DNA of 62,796 nt, filler included, from Stramenopiles sp. TOSAG23-3 (Eukaryota), in NCBI GenBank assembly GCA_900128585.1. It is 7 parts of 7 records of this genome, joined end to end, with 100 filler letters (N's around TTAATTAATTAA, not from the genome) between each part and the next. Parts side by side here need not be neighbours in the genome. Positions count along the whole stretch, not along the records: positions 23,734 to 35,497 come from LT642728.1; positions 35,598 to 47,318 come from LT642730.1; 5 more parts are not named here. One strand, 5' to 3'. A program made the position numbers and the translations under genes. Numbering within the stretch: position 1 is the stretch's first letter; the number at the start of each line of letters is the position of its first letter. Under the pieces are notes generated by a model that was not told the origin of the DNA, made no database searches, and saw nothing but the letters and a program-made list of their open reading frames with translations. Positions 31,301 through 43,354 of this stretch are shown here, one piece after another.

Positions 31301-33793
31301 CCTTTTACTGCGCACTACCACACGTTTTTTTGAAAACAATGCTGCACTGCTTTGCCTTTCGGTCTTGACGTTTAACTTTATCGCACTGTCGTCTATCTCC
31401 TCTTCCAGTATGAAACGCCCTGCTTCCACGACATAGAATAATTCTCCAGACTTGCCCTGTTGCATTACCGTGCAATTTGCCGGCACTTCAATGTACACCA
31501 TCTCGGCGACCAGCTCGTCTATTGCCCGATCGTCCAGCTGCTTAAACAGCGCCGATGCAACCCTGGAGACACTCGCGGCACTACCAAGGGCGCCGACGGC
31601 TTTCTTCAACATTTTTATTTGCCCAGAAGACTTTTTTTTAATCGCTTTCGGCATCGCCAAAACCTGCGTTTCAAAGGCAACAGTGCTATTTAAATTTATA
31701 CTAGTGTTCTGTGAGAGCGTGCGCCCTCGTGAAGAGTTGAGGAATCTGCGAAAATCGACCGACTGCCCCCGATGAGTGCCCAAAGTGGCAACTGAGTGAC
31801 GCCGGCGGCGGGTTGAATAAACGGTTTCCTGGGCAACATCACACTGGCCTTCGGTAGTGCTAGTATCACTGGCATGTCGAGCAAGCGAAGAGGGCGTAAG
31901 GTTGGATATCGATATTGTCCTCTTTGGCACTTCCTCACCCTCCTCCTCCTCCTCCTCCTCAATTGGAGACGAAAGTGGCATCACCGACCGTTTGATGCTG
32001 CTTTGCTGAGGCCGACCCTTCCCAGGCCGAACGCCCACAGTCATTGTTCGCGAGCGTGATGAAATTCTGCTCCCGTCCGACAATATTGACGACATTGAGG
32101 AAACGGACGAAATGGAATCTCTGTCCTCTGGATTGGAGCCCTCTTCGTCTACTACAAAGCCGACTAAACTCTTCCGTTTCTCTTTTGCGTTCCACCCGTC
32201 CCCGACGGCCACCAACGAGGCACGCTTCCGTTTTTGCGCATTCTGCGCCATGAGCTTAAGGGCGCAGGACATGGTGGCGACCCAGGACCGGTAGTCTGCC
32301 CCGGTAATGGCGCTAAATTCAAAGGCGCCTCTCCGAACATTTCGCACGGATTTGGAAGAGGACAAACTGAACTGGAAATCTTTGCGGGTGCTGGCCTTAA
32401 GCTTTAAGTCCGGCGTCAGTTGGAGGGTCGCTACCAGGTTCCCCAAACGCATTCTCTGCTTCTCATCCAATGCGGCAGTCCGGCCCTCTTCTTCTTCCTC
32501 TGCGAACACCTCTTCCCCGCGTTTGTGAATAAATATCCTGCTTTCGGTCATGGTAAGGAACATGTCTTCCCACGTCTTTGACCCTGTTTCCCCCATCCGA
32601 TAGGTTACTGGTCCCTCGAATATTGCTTTCGTCCTCCCCTTGTGTGCAGTGTTCACCAGCCCTTCCACCTCCGCTTCGAATTTGGAGTTTTTGTTCCTCT
32701 CGGAGCCTACGATTTTGATATCCGAACTATCTAATTTGTTCATGCCCCACAAGGACGTCCTCTTTTTGAACTTGGCCAATCCGCTTCCAATCACCGTCAT
32801 CTTCTTGGACACTGGCTTCGAAAACATCGTCTTCACCTCTTCACTGACGGGAAGCTTCCCGTACGATTTGCCGCGGCTCCACTGGACGGCATTTTTCTGC
32901 TGCGCCAGCTTTCCACCCGCTACGATCCATTCCGCGAGAGCAGTGAGCCATATTTGTTTTTCCTCTCTATTCTTTGCCCGCAGGCGCAGGGTCTTTTTCT
33001 CCCCGACCTGCAGGTCAAAGGTGCACTTTGCAACATGACCGGCGACGTCCTTTACCAGGGTGTACTTGTTGTGTGAGTACGACCCCTTTATTTTTACCTC
33101 GGTGAACGCGACGTCCCCATTTTCCAAGCGTTTCCCAGTCTTAGCGTCGTAGTACCGCAACTCGTTATCAACAAGCACGAAGTACCGCGGTACGTGCATG
33201 CCGAAGGCCCGTTTCTTGGAGAGCATGCCCTGGACAATCGCCAGCTCGTTGCCACCAAGGGGCTGCGTCGTACCCTCGCCCTCATCGCCATCATCTACCG
33301 CCGCCACCGCCACCCCTTCAAAATTCTCTGTAATTTCTGCCAGTAGCTGGGACAAAAGAGTATCTGCCCCTGACGTGATCCCATACCTCGACATTTGTCG
33401 AAGCACCCGCACAGCGTGGTGGTCCCCGGCCATGACAGCGTTTCGGAGGAGATCCTGTTCGCTGGCAGTTATCCTGTCGCTGTTTTTCAGGCGAACCAAA
33501 AATTGCAAAATCTTGGACGTCGAGAAGGAATTGGCCGCGGCGAGCGGCTTGTCTTCACTCTCCCCTTTTGCGATCGTCAGCCCTTGGCCAACAGTGAAAG
33601 CTCTCGAAAACCCATTCGCTTGCAGCGTCCTGGCGCTCTTGTCCGGATGCGAGTTACGAACCTGCTTCTTTTTGCGCGTTTTAAAGCTTTGGGCATTCAC
33701 GCCCCCCTTCTTTGCTTTTGCTTTTGACATGAACTGTCTATACTGGGACAGGTTGCGCCTCCCGTTCGGCGCCTCACTTTCCCCACTATCCAT
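28390..33793 (-). CDS. cGMP-dependent protein kinase-like: 2 PH domains, 2 cNMP-binding domains and an AGC kinase domain; reading frame broken near 29780
   Basis: Upstream ORF 29564-33793 has PH motifs (RYFVL..NELRYY...IWLTAL) and cNMP motifs (QQGKSGELFYVVEAG, FGHEAL...RSATI, GEVFGE). Downstream ORF 28390-29826 has GHGAFS, ALK, YRDLKLEN, DFG and GTPEYMAPE. Confidence 0.8.
29713..29804 (-). repeat. 30-bp tandem repeat (KKKGLPSWPP) with one copy 8 nt short
   Basis: Minus strand aag aag aag ggg ctc cca tcg [tgg ccc cc]g occurs three times; the bracketed bases are missing in the first copy. Confidence 0.85.
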
Positions 33794-35365
33794 TTCGAAA
33801 CGTCACCCTTCACAGGCAGTCCCAGAACACGCACCCTGAATGAGTGAAGAGCTCCAAGGATTGCTTCGCTCAAACAACCTATGATACCTATATATTTTTA
33901 TGCTCTTTCTGTTAGTTAACACAAATGTAGACAATATAACTAACATACGTGATTATGGAATATACATCTTAACAAAAGTATCTGCTCATTTCATCCATCC
34001 AACAAATCATCATCAAATCTTCCACTCCGAACCATAATAATAATAATATATATTTTATTAAATAATATTATTATTTATTATTATTTATTATTATTATTAT
34101 ATTTTTTCTTCTTCATTCTATCTTCTCCCCTCTCTACTCTCCTCTCTTCTCTCCTTATTAGTTATAACACAAATATCCACATCATCATCTATTTAATATT
34201 AAACTACTTACGTAGCTATAAGGTCACAAGAAGAAGAAAGAAGGGTGAATAAGTAGTCTAGTAACTAATAATCAAATAATCATCACTTTTAAAAGACTTT
34301 CTTATTACGACTACTTTGTATTCCTTGTGTAGTAATAGATAGGAATAATTGGAAATAATGAAATTAAGTATTACTATTTTAATTATAATAAAATAGGACT
34401 TAATAATGTACTATATAGTATAAAATTATATGACTACACAAAACTGTACTAATAGATAAAAACAAATATCCAAAAATATTTTATATAAAAATAAAATAAA
34501 ATAAAAAATAATAAAAAAGTAAAATAGAAAATCAACATCAAAAACAATAAAAACAATAATAAAAAACAATAATAAAAAAAACAATAAAAACAACAACAGG
34601 AACATCCATTATTTATTTATTTAAAATTCTTTATTTTATTATTGTATTATAATCTGTAGTCTAATTAATCATAATAAAATAAGGAGTGGTGTTATTTAGT
34701 ATATATAATAATAATAATATTTTAATTTAATAGGAAGCAAATATTCTGGTCTGTGAGTGAGTACGTAGAGTGTTCCGTATTATTTTATATTATAAATTAT
34801 ATATTTATATCGGCACAGCATTTAAAATTAAAATTTCGTCTAATAATAGAAATAGGGTTAGGGTTAGGTTAGGTGCAATGAAAAGAGAAGAAAGAAGATA
34901 GAAGAGGAGGAGGAAGGAGCCTTTCTTCTTGCTATTTGTATAATAATAATAAAATATTATTTTATAATTACATCATCATCATCATCATCTTTTCTTCTTC
35001 TTCTTCTTTCTCATATTATCATATTATTATTTTTTTTTTTTTATTATTTTTTTTACGAAGTATTATTTTTTTATATATTTATTATTTATTTGGTATTTTT
35101 TTTAACTAATATGCAAAGAAAGGAGAAGAAGAAAGATACGCACCATCATCGTCATAATGCAAAAGCATCGTTTGCGAGGGGTAGACTCGTTTTATCTACT
35201 CCCTCTATTTCTCTCCTCCCCCCCCCCTCTTATCCAAATTTATCGTGTCTACAGTCGGGAGGAAGAAAAACGAGAAGAAGTGCGGGCGGACAACATTTTA
35301 ATACCGTTGGGTATAATATTTTGCCTTTGGGCCAGCGCCTGCTGCCTCTTTCGTTCACGGCAAAA

Positions 35366-35497
35366 ATGACGACTTTTGTGGATACACCGCTCGCTTGGCT
35401 AATAGCCTTTGCTTGCTCTACCATTGGGTTTATAATATCGTCGTACAACATCGTAAAGCACTCACGGACGTACACCCAGCCAAACAAACAACGTTGC
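35366..35497 (+). CDS. TMEM184/OST-alpha-like transporter, N-terminal fragment (truncated at contig end)
   Basis: TM segment followed by NIVKHSRTYTQPNKQRC, matching the family motif HxxxYxxPxxQR. Confidence 0.65.
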
Positions 35498-35597
35498 NNN
35501 NNNNNNNNNNNNNNNNNNNNNNNNNNNNNNNNNNNNNNNNNTTAATTAATTAANNNNNNNNNNNNNNNNNNNNNNNNNNNNNNNNNNNNNNNNNNNN
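35498..35597. other. Artificial contig-joining linker
   Basis: N44-TTAATTAATTAA-N44. Confidence 0.97.
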
Positions 35598-36373
35598 ACG
35601 CCTTCCTTCGCCAGCAGCAACGACGCCACTTCCGTGTGACCCTTTTGACTCGCGATGTAGAGTGGCGTTGAACCATCTTCATGTGCCTGGTTGACATCCA
35701 CGCCTTCCTTCGTAAGCAGCAATGACACCACTTCTGTGTGACCCTTTCGGCTCGCGATGTAGAGTGGCGTTGCACCATTTTTCTCTGCCTGGTTGACATC
35801 TACGCCTTCCTTTTCCAGCAGCAAGGTCACCACTTCCGCGTGACCATTTAAACTTGCAACAACGAGTGGGGTTAAACCATATGTCTGTGCCTGGTTGATA
35901 TCGGCACCTTCCTTCCTCAGCAGCAACGACACTAATTCCGCGTGGCCATTTAAACTTGCAAAGAAGAGCCCCTTGGATGCGGCAGCAATCGACATTGCTT
36001 CCTTCTTCTTCTTGCGCGCGGCGGTACTTTTTTGGTCTGGTCCCGTTGGTTTTGTTACCTGCGCCATTTGGCACTCTGCAGTTTCCGATTTTCCTTTTCC
36101 ACTGGCGCATAAAACAGCGAAAACACCCAAACCAGTCAGAAAACAGTTTCCACACTCTGAGGGGCTGTAGTGGGAAACATCAAAGTCGATGGATCCTGAG
36201 AGTCCAAGCTGAGCTGGTTGCCCAAACGCCGGTGCTTCAAAGTGAGTGGTAAACTTGGCACGGCCATTTATCCACTTTGGAAAACGTGTGTCAAAGGCCA
36301 TTTTTTTCATTCTGTTGCGTCGAACGGAGTGCCTTGGTCCAGTATTGGTGAACATTGGGAGACGAAATGTCAT
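35598..36373 (-). CDS. Ankyrin-repeat protein, 3' truncated; true start may be the ATG at 36067
   Basis: Four 34-aa (102-bp) repeats G.TPLYIAS.KGH.EVV.LLL.KEGVDVNQ. Confidence 0.85.
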
Positions 36374-37037
36374 TTGTTGAGAGTGCGCGCGGTAAGTTGC
36401 TGAAATATTGTGATATGTTATTGTGATAAGTGTGTGTTAACGTTTGGAATGATACGAATGAATAATGTTTCTATTTAAAATAAAGAATATTGTAATAATA
36501 TTTGAAACACGCAGTGAAAGGATAAACAAAACACACCAAAAGGGCAAGGAGTATTGTTGCAGTTCGCANNNNNNNNNNNNNNNNNNNNNNNNNNNNNNNN
36601 NNNNNNNNNNNNNNNNNNNNNNNNNNNNNNNNNNNNNNNNNNNNNNNNNNNNNNNNNNNNNNNNNNNNNNNNNNNNNNNNNNNNNNNNNNNNNNNNNNNN
36701 NNNNNNNNNNNNNNNNNNNNNNNNNNCGTATTTTTATTGTAGAATATATTTTAACAGGTAAATACAATTAGTATCTAAATTGAAAACGAGAAGAAAGAAG
36801 AAGAAGACTTCTGAAGAAGAATTAATTATTAAATAAATAGTCCTAGTAAAAAATCTGTGACCTTTTTGTTGTTTGGTGATAGACTAGACGATTAATAAAA
36901 AGAAGAGAACAACAACAAATGAGAATGATGATGAAAGACGACAAAAAGAAGAAATCAAAAATAATTTAAATAGACCGACTAATAGGAGGAACACAGCTTC
37001 AACAGAAAAAGAAGAGATTATTTTTATTATATAGTTC

Positions 37038-37141
37038 TTGACCGTACTTCCTAGACTACGCGTTCCTAGGCGTAGTCTAGGAAGTGCGGTCAAAGAGAGG
37101 CGTAGTAGTCTAGTCTAGGAAGTGCGGTCAAGAACTGTACA
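37038..37141. repeat. Palindromic copy cluster of a dispersed intergenic repeat
   Basis: ttgaccgtacttcctagactacgc (37038-37061) is inverted relative to 37070-37093; 37111-37141 is identical over 31 bp to 19647-19677 on another contig. Confidence 0.85.
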
Positions 37142-37660
37142 ATATACCTCAAATTAACCTTGAATATGGTTCAACATCAAATTGAAACATTCACTTATTC
37201 TTAAAGCATACTATATAATTTATTTTTTAATTTAGAAAAACAAAATAAACTGAATTACTGTAGGTTTTTTTTTTATACATATATATTTTCGGTTAATTTG
37301 CCATCGACGCAAATCCACCTACCGATTCGAATTAGTAAAACCACAAGAGCAGAGCTAAGTTCGCAGTACATGAAGGAACGTAAATCTTTAATGGCCTCTG
37401 TGCCCCAGCGCTTTGTGTTAAGTTTATTACTTTTGGTAAAAATGAAATCTTACTCAGCTTTTGTCCATATTTTATTCATTCACAATAATAAAAAACAAAT
37501 TATATAGTATGTTTTAAGACTCTCATTCACAATAATAATAAGATAACCTTATTTTTAAAAAGTAAAAAAAAACTAAATCAGTTGAATCTAATTAAAAAAC
37601 AAAAATTTAAAAGGTTTTACTTTTACAGTAATCACTAGACTCACCATACACACACATGAG

Positions 37661-38835
37661 TCACACTGGCTTCGATTCGTCCTTGACTGCCTTCCGTAGC
37701 AGAGGCATGGCGCGCACCACATCCGCCGCGTTCATTCTCGTTAGCGCCGCGAGCCCAGCACTCTGTACCTTACTCTTCCCCAAATCATCGACGGCATTGA
37801 AATTTTGCAATGCGCCGCCGGCCGATTTCCACGTCATTAACTGTTCTTCGTGCGTCGCCATCACGAAAATGGAGGCCGCCCCACGGGCCTTGAGCATGGT
37901 TGAACCAAACTCGTTGTCTATGCTCATGTTTGNNNNNNNNNNNNNNNNNNNNNNNNNNNNNNNNNNNNNNNNNNNNNNNNNNNNNNNNNNNNNNNNNNAC
38001 CAAACTCGTTGTCTATGCTCATGTTTGCAATCGCATCCGCAGCCGCGGCTCGTGCGGCACAGAACTTCGGGTTCAGGATGGACGTCGCCGTGAGTTTAAG
38101 AAGAAGCGGTGCGGCGTCGTGCTGTATGAAGAGTTCACGGTTCTTGGGGTTTGGGAAGAAGCACAAATTGCAGATGGCGTACGACACAATGATCTGGTTC
38201 TCTAAATCCTTGGCCCTGGTGCGCTTTAGCAAATCAATCAAATGGATGGGCGCCTCGAGGGAGGCAAACTTAAGCGAAAAGGCTTCCTCGAGGCAAATGT
38301 TCCGTATGCAGCTAGCTGCGTTGATGCTTGCCATCACGTGAGGAAGTTTGAGGACTTCTACCATGTTGGACAACATGTTTTTCTGGTACCCAATTTTCAG
38401 CCTTCCCACTTTTCTAAGGGACAGATTGGCCAAGGTAGCAAAAGCCAAGGCAAGACAATTCCCGTCCACCTGCCTTCCATCGACCAGCTTGGCAACGTCA
38501 GGGATACAATGGATTAGTGTTGACCCGTTGTGAGTGTGCCGCGACAGCTCGTGGAGAAAGTTGAGCGTCCGGTAGTTTCTGTACACTTCGAAATCCGTAC
38601 CGCACGCCGGGCTGAGCATGGACGATAAAACTTCCACGTCAGATTTCGGGATCCCTTCCACCGCGTTCGATTTGTGCCGCATCTTTTTCTTCCATTTCTC
38701 CTCGAGCGCAAGTTTGTACTTTTTCGGCCGTGAAAAACGATTCCTTGGGAACGGATTCTTGATCATCTTCAGAGTTTCCGCCGGCCCAAAGTCAAAGTTA
38801 GGGGGCACATCCGGATCGTTCTGCTTGGCCGCCAT
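37661..38835 (-). CDS. Armadillo-repeat protein; the internal N gap is spurious
   Basis: ARM-like motifs AFATLANLS, AASCIRNIC, SYAICNLC, AADAIANMS and AGGALQNF. The same 29 nt occur on both sides of gap 37933-37998, so the two ORFs join. Confidence 0.82.
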
Positions 38836-39951
38836 GGTATTAATGACGAAGCCAACTCAAATGACAAAGTCCGCCGTTTCCCCCAAGCACACGCACCAAA
38901 AGAAAGTAAGGTGGGACAAATTCCTACTATGACAAGACAAAAGACTCCAACCGCGTGCTTACTCGAACAGTCGAAACTGATTTTATTCCTATCTCTAAAT
39001 ACCTATTGCCAAGGTACATGCTTTCATTGTGTATAATCGTATATGAGTGAATAATGAATAATATTCTCAATCAATATAATTTAAAAAATGAAGAGAAGAA
39101 GTACGAAAAAAAAAAGTAAAAAAAAATATAATATTGTAATAATAATAACGGTTGACGACGCGGTTCTTCTTTTTCACTTCGTTTTCAAATATTTAATAAT
39201 GTAATATATATTTATTAGACAAATATTATAATTATATATTATATAATAATTTTAATAAATACAATGGGAGACGTTGGTTTATGTACAATATGTATATCAT
39301 GTGAATATTCGTTTTCTCATCATCATCACCAATCTCATGTTTTTTTTTAAACCAAAAAAAATAATATGAGAGATGTTGTTATTTAGTTTTAGATATATCC
39401 CATAATTTATTATCTAAAAAGTGTTATTATATCATATGATATGATATTTACGACGTATGATATGACTAAATTTACTGAAAATTCTTCCAATTCCTCCTTC
39501 CATGCAGCAATGTAAATTGTTTTTGTGTTATATTAGGGTTGGATTTGAAGTAGTATTTGATTTAAAATGAGAGTCTTAAAACATACTATATAATTTGTTT
39601 TTGTGTTTAAGTATATTAAAGTTTGACCTGCTTCATGTACTGCGATTTGTTACTGCTCCTTTGTTTTTCTTGATCTACACTATCTTCCTCGTGTGAACTC
39701 CATATGATACTTGATTGCTTGATCAGAATCGGCATGAAAGTTATATTTGGATTTTCGACGATTTCAAAGTGACCCGTAAAATTAACCTCCTTCATCCCGA
39801 TGTCTCGGGTTTTTTTCATTGTTTCATTCAAATTTAGAGAGGAAGATTAGTCTTTTTTATTATCATAAGTAAAACAAGAACATTGGCTGTTATATTTAAG
39901 TTTATTAAGTATGATTAGAAAGAAAACAAATATTATATATGACTTTTACTT

Positions 39952-41052
39952 TTATTGGGTAATGAAAGTACTTTGTTCCTTGCTTTCCTTTGGTCGACGT
40001 TTCTTTCTTCGTCTTCTGGTAGGTTGTGGTGCTATAGGTTCTCGATGTTCCGATCGACGTTTTGATCTACCCTCCATGGAGAGCGTTGCTCTGATGGATT
40101 CGTTTGTTTTCTTTGACTCTAACGATTGTTTCGATTCGAGAACGGCTTGCACGTTTCGGTTGCGTTGGAGAAGGCGTTTCGAGTCGAGGTTGCGCTGCTT
40201 GATGTGCTCCCTCCGGCGGCCCTCGATGCGCTTCAGCAAGGCCTGGAGTTCGCTCTGCTGCTGCTTTCTGAGCTGGGACTCTTTCCTGGCAAAGATTTTT
40301 CGGTTCTCGGTATCGATTGACTTGCGCTCCCGCTCCTCCATTACGTCTGCTATTCGTTTGATTTTTTGGGCCTCGGCGTAGTTCTTTTGGCGGGCCAGCA
40401 TATTCTGCCGGCGGCGCCAGTCCAAGAGCTCCTTCGAGTACTTTGGGGGGCGTTTCATAAGCTGGCGGTGCAAGTCTTCCTGAAACTCGCGAAGGGTGGT
40501 TGCATGGCGCTCGGTCATTTGTTGAATATACATTTGCGCCATCTGGTCGTACTCTTCCAGGTACTTGTCCCAGGCCGCGTTGAACTCAGCGTACTGCATG
40601 TTATGCGCGATCTGAACGTCCTGCCGCTCCGCTAACTGCCGGGCCCGAAGGGCCTTTTCCTGCCGCTTCCCTTCCTGCTTCTTCAGAGTTTCGAGCTGCT
40701 TCGAGGCCCGGCCGGCCTCCAAGTAGTTCCCTTCGTCCTCGCACTTCACCCTGTACTCGTCCAAAATGTGCAAAAACTCGACTACTTTCGGGTCGGGGCC
40801 TTCGCCCAGGGCGGCCGTTTCGCTGTCTTTCTTCTTGAGCATTTCCATAAACTCGTCGAACGTTATCGTCCCTTCCATGTCCGGGTCGACGTCGGCTAAC
40901 ATTTCGCCCGCCTCGTCGGAGCTACGGCCAATCTTCTCCAGAATGGCCCCAAGCTGGGAGCTCGGGATCGTGCCCGAATTGTCCTTGTCATGCAGGTCGA
41001 AGATACCCTTCAACGCTGACTTTTCTTCTTCCGAGTACTCTATGTCTGCCAT
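39952..41052 (-). CDS. EF-hand plus coiled-coil protein
   Basis: Two EF hands DKDNSGTIPSSQL and DPDMEGTITFDEF, followed by a long coiled coil. Confidence 0.85.
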   Translation of the reverse strand: MADIEYSEEEKSALKGIFDLHDKDNSGTIPSSQLGAILEKIGRSSDEAGEMLADVDPDMEGTITFDEFMEMLKKKDSETAALGEGPDPKVVEFLHILDEYRVKCEDEGNYLEAGRASKQLETLKKQEGKRQEKALRARQLAERQDVQIAHNMQYAEFNAAWDKYLEEYDQMAQMYIQQMTERHATTLREFQEDLHRQLMKRPPKYSKELLDWRRRQNMLARQKNYAEAQKIKRIADVMEERERKSIDTENRKIFARKESQLRKQQQSELQALLKRIEGRRREHIKQRNLDSKRLLQRNRNVQAVLESKQSLESKKTNESIRATLSMEGRSKRRSEHREPIAPQPTRRRRKKRRPKESKEQSTFITQ

Positions 41053-42333
41053 GTTTGCTGGGTAGGGAAGGGACTAAAACTGACGGTGAAATGGGGTGGT
41101 GTAAAGAAAGGACGTAGACTTCAAACTTCGCTCGTTCGTTCGCTCGTTCCTTTTACACGTTTTTTTTGTCTTGAATATTTGTGTTTATTTACAGTTCAAC
41201 ACGTAAAGGAATCGAAATAATTCATGTTCAGTCTATCTCTTTCTTTTCTACATGTTTTAGTAGAAGTAGTAATCATGATGATCATTGTTTTTTTTTATTA
41301 TTTTTTATTACTGTAGTACTACTGTGCAAACACACGAATACAACTTTTGGTAATTTAATTATAAATAATAATAAAGTAAATTACTCTGTGTGTACGTATG
41401 TGTGTTGTATTATTATATTTTATTATTATAATAGAAGAAGAAGATGATGATATAGCAGGTATACAGTATCATAGCAATATAATACAACGGTAAGTATAAT
41501 AGAAGGAATAAAAGTAAAAGAGCTGAAAAATGGAAAGAAATAAAGAAAGGTGAAACGTCAACGGATTGAGATGAGAATTGATGAGAACAAACGAACGAGA
41601 TAATTTAAAGTCTTCTATTATATATATTCCTTAAGTTTAATTATTTTCCTTAACTATTCTCTTCAATCTTTAAAATCAAAATATGATGATCCAAACCATT
41701 CAATACGAGGTACGGTAGAGAGTTGTTGTTTCCAATTATTGATAGTTAATTCTACACTCGTAGTTCCATGGTATTTATTTATATAAGCGGTTATAATTTA
41801 AACTACGATAGCAATAGCTCGAGGTAGACTACGTAGACTATTATAGCTACCAGATGGTAAAACACATCACCACCAATTATTTATTTATTTATATTATTCC
41901 TATGTAGCTATTATAGTCTATATATAAAGAGAAGCTCAGAATGGGGTACATCCTCCCTCCTCTTATGTATAGGTACCTGTAGTTATAAAAGGCCTGCTAT
42001 AAATTACTACCGCGCATAATACGTGGTACTCTACGCAGACTCAGACGACGAGGAGCTTTTTTTTCTTCCATGTGGCAGAGATTACGTCTACAATACGTTT
42101 ATAAGTGGGAAAGTATTGAAAAAGAATTGAGAGGGACTTGCTAAGATTTCTGCATACATACTTGCATACATACACATTGGGTGGTTGGAAGTACGACAAC
42201 AACTATCTATACGGATACAAACGAGACGAGTGCATTTGCCTGTCCGTCCGTCCGCCCGCCGACCTTTCCACCCTTTTGTTTGGCAAGGAACACCGTGGGA
42301 GTGTTAGTTACGAAAAGATTAACTGTCTGAATA

Positions 42334-42882
42334 ATGTCCTTGGGTATTGTGCAAACTGCAAACGTTAGTAAGGCCGGAGGGCCGATCGCGGTCGAGAAGT
42401 GGGTATGCATATACCCAGCATACATTGACGAGAGTCGAACCATAAAGCAAGGGAGGCGTCTGCCGCAGAACGTGTGCACCAAACTCCCAGACGCGTTCGC
42501 AATTTTTTACGTTTGTGGGGTGTTGCTAAAGCTGCAGTGTTGCATGGAACAAAAGCGGTACTCCCGTTCGTGGTGGGACTACGCCGGACCGGGAGTTGGA
42601 AGGGTCAAAGTGCGAATCAAGGACGACAACGGAGAGTGCACGTTCGTCGACCCGACCGACCCGTTCAAGCGGACGTTTACCAGCCGCAAGCAACTTTTTC
42701 ACAAGGTCGCGGAAATTTTAAACGACCCGAATACCAAAATACCAAAGAACTACCAACCCGCCGTCTCCAGGGCAGAGGCAGAAGCCGTAAAAGAGCAGGC
42801 ACGGCTGGAGAAGGAGGCCGCGTCTGCAAAGGGTGGGTCCTCTAACAGGAAAAAGAAAGGAAAGAAAAAGAAGAGAAGGTAA
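42334..42882 (+). CDS. SRP19: Signal recognition particle 19 kDa protein
   Basis: WVCIYPAYID...T..QGRR, KRYSR.W, GRVKV and a basic KKGKKKKRR tail. Confidence 0.92.
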   Translation: MSLGIVQTANVSKAGGPIAVEKWVCIYPAYIDESRTIKQGRRLPQNVCTKLPDAFAIFYVCGVLLKLQCCMEQKRYSRSWWDYAGPGVGRVKVRIKDDNGECTFVDPTDPFKRTFTSRKQLFHKVAEILNDPNTKIPKNYQPAVSRAEAEAVKEQARLEKEAASAKGGSSNRKKKGKKKKRR

Positions 42883-43354
42883 ATACCGGTGACAGTAAGA
42901 CAGGCGGCGGCGGATATCTAGACAAACGTCGGTCGATCGTGCGGCGGCGTAGTGGTCTCTCCCGTGCAACCGCTGGTTTCCGTAAGTAATCACTCTTCAC
43001 CCCTCACCAAAACTCTATTTTCCATTCAAAACAAGGCCGCGCCGTGCTAATGAAGATGAAAAAAACGTCGCTATACTGATTTTTTTTGAGGATAACGTTG
43101 AACCAACAGTGGATTAAAGCACCCTGTTTTTCGGAAGCGAAACGAGCGCCCCCCCCCCTCCCTTCCCCATTTTCCCCATTTTCCCGAGCCAACCCCCAAC
43201 TAACCCGCATCGCTCCTCCAACAATGCACAGAGTTCGGCGTCATTTAAAACAATATATGTATACACTGCGCACATTTTATTTTTTTAACATATCTTAAGG
43301 TTGTTTTTTATTCTTAAGGTTACACTAAATATGTACATGTGGTGTGTAACTCAT

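Noticed and set aside
34853-34873. TTAGGG-like telomeric repeat
   Set aside because: Only about three imperfect units, internal to a contig; too short to call a telomere.
37904-38027. Direct repeat flanking the N gap in the ARM gene
   Set aside because: Identical 29 nt on both sides of a scaffold gap indicates an unmerged overlap, not a biological duplication.
42890-43230. GC-rich stretch after SRP19 as a possible SRP RNA or other ncRNA
   Set aside because: No recognisable Alu/S-domain, tRNA or snRNA motifs found by eye.
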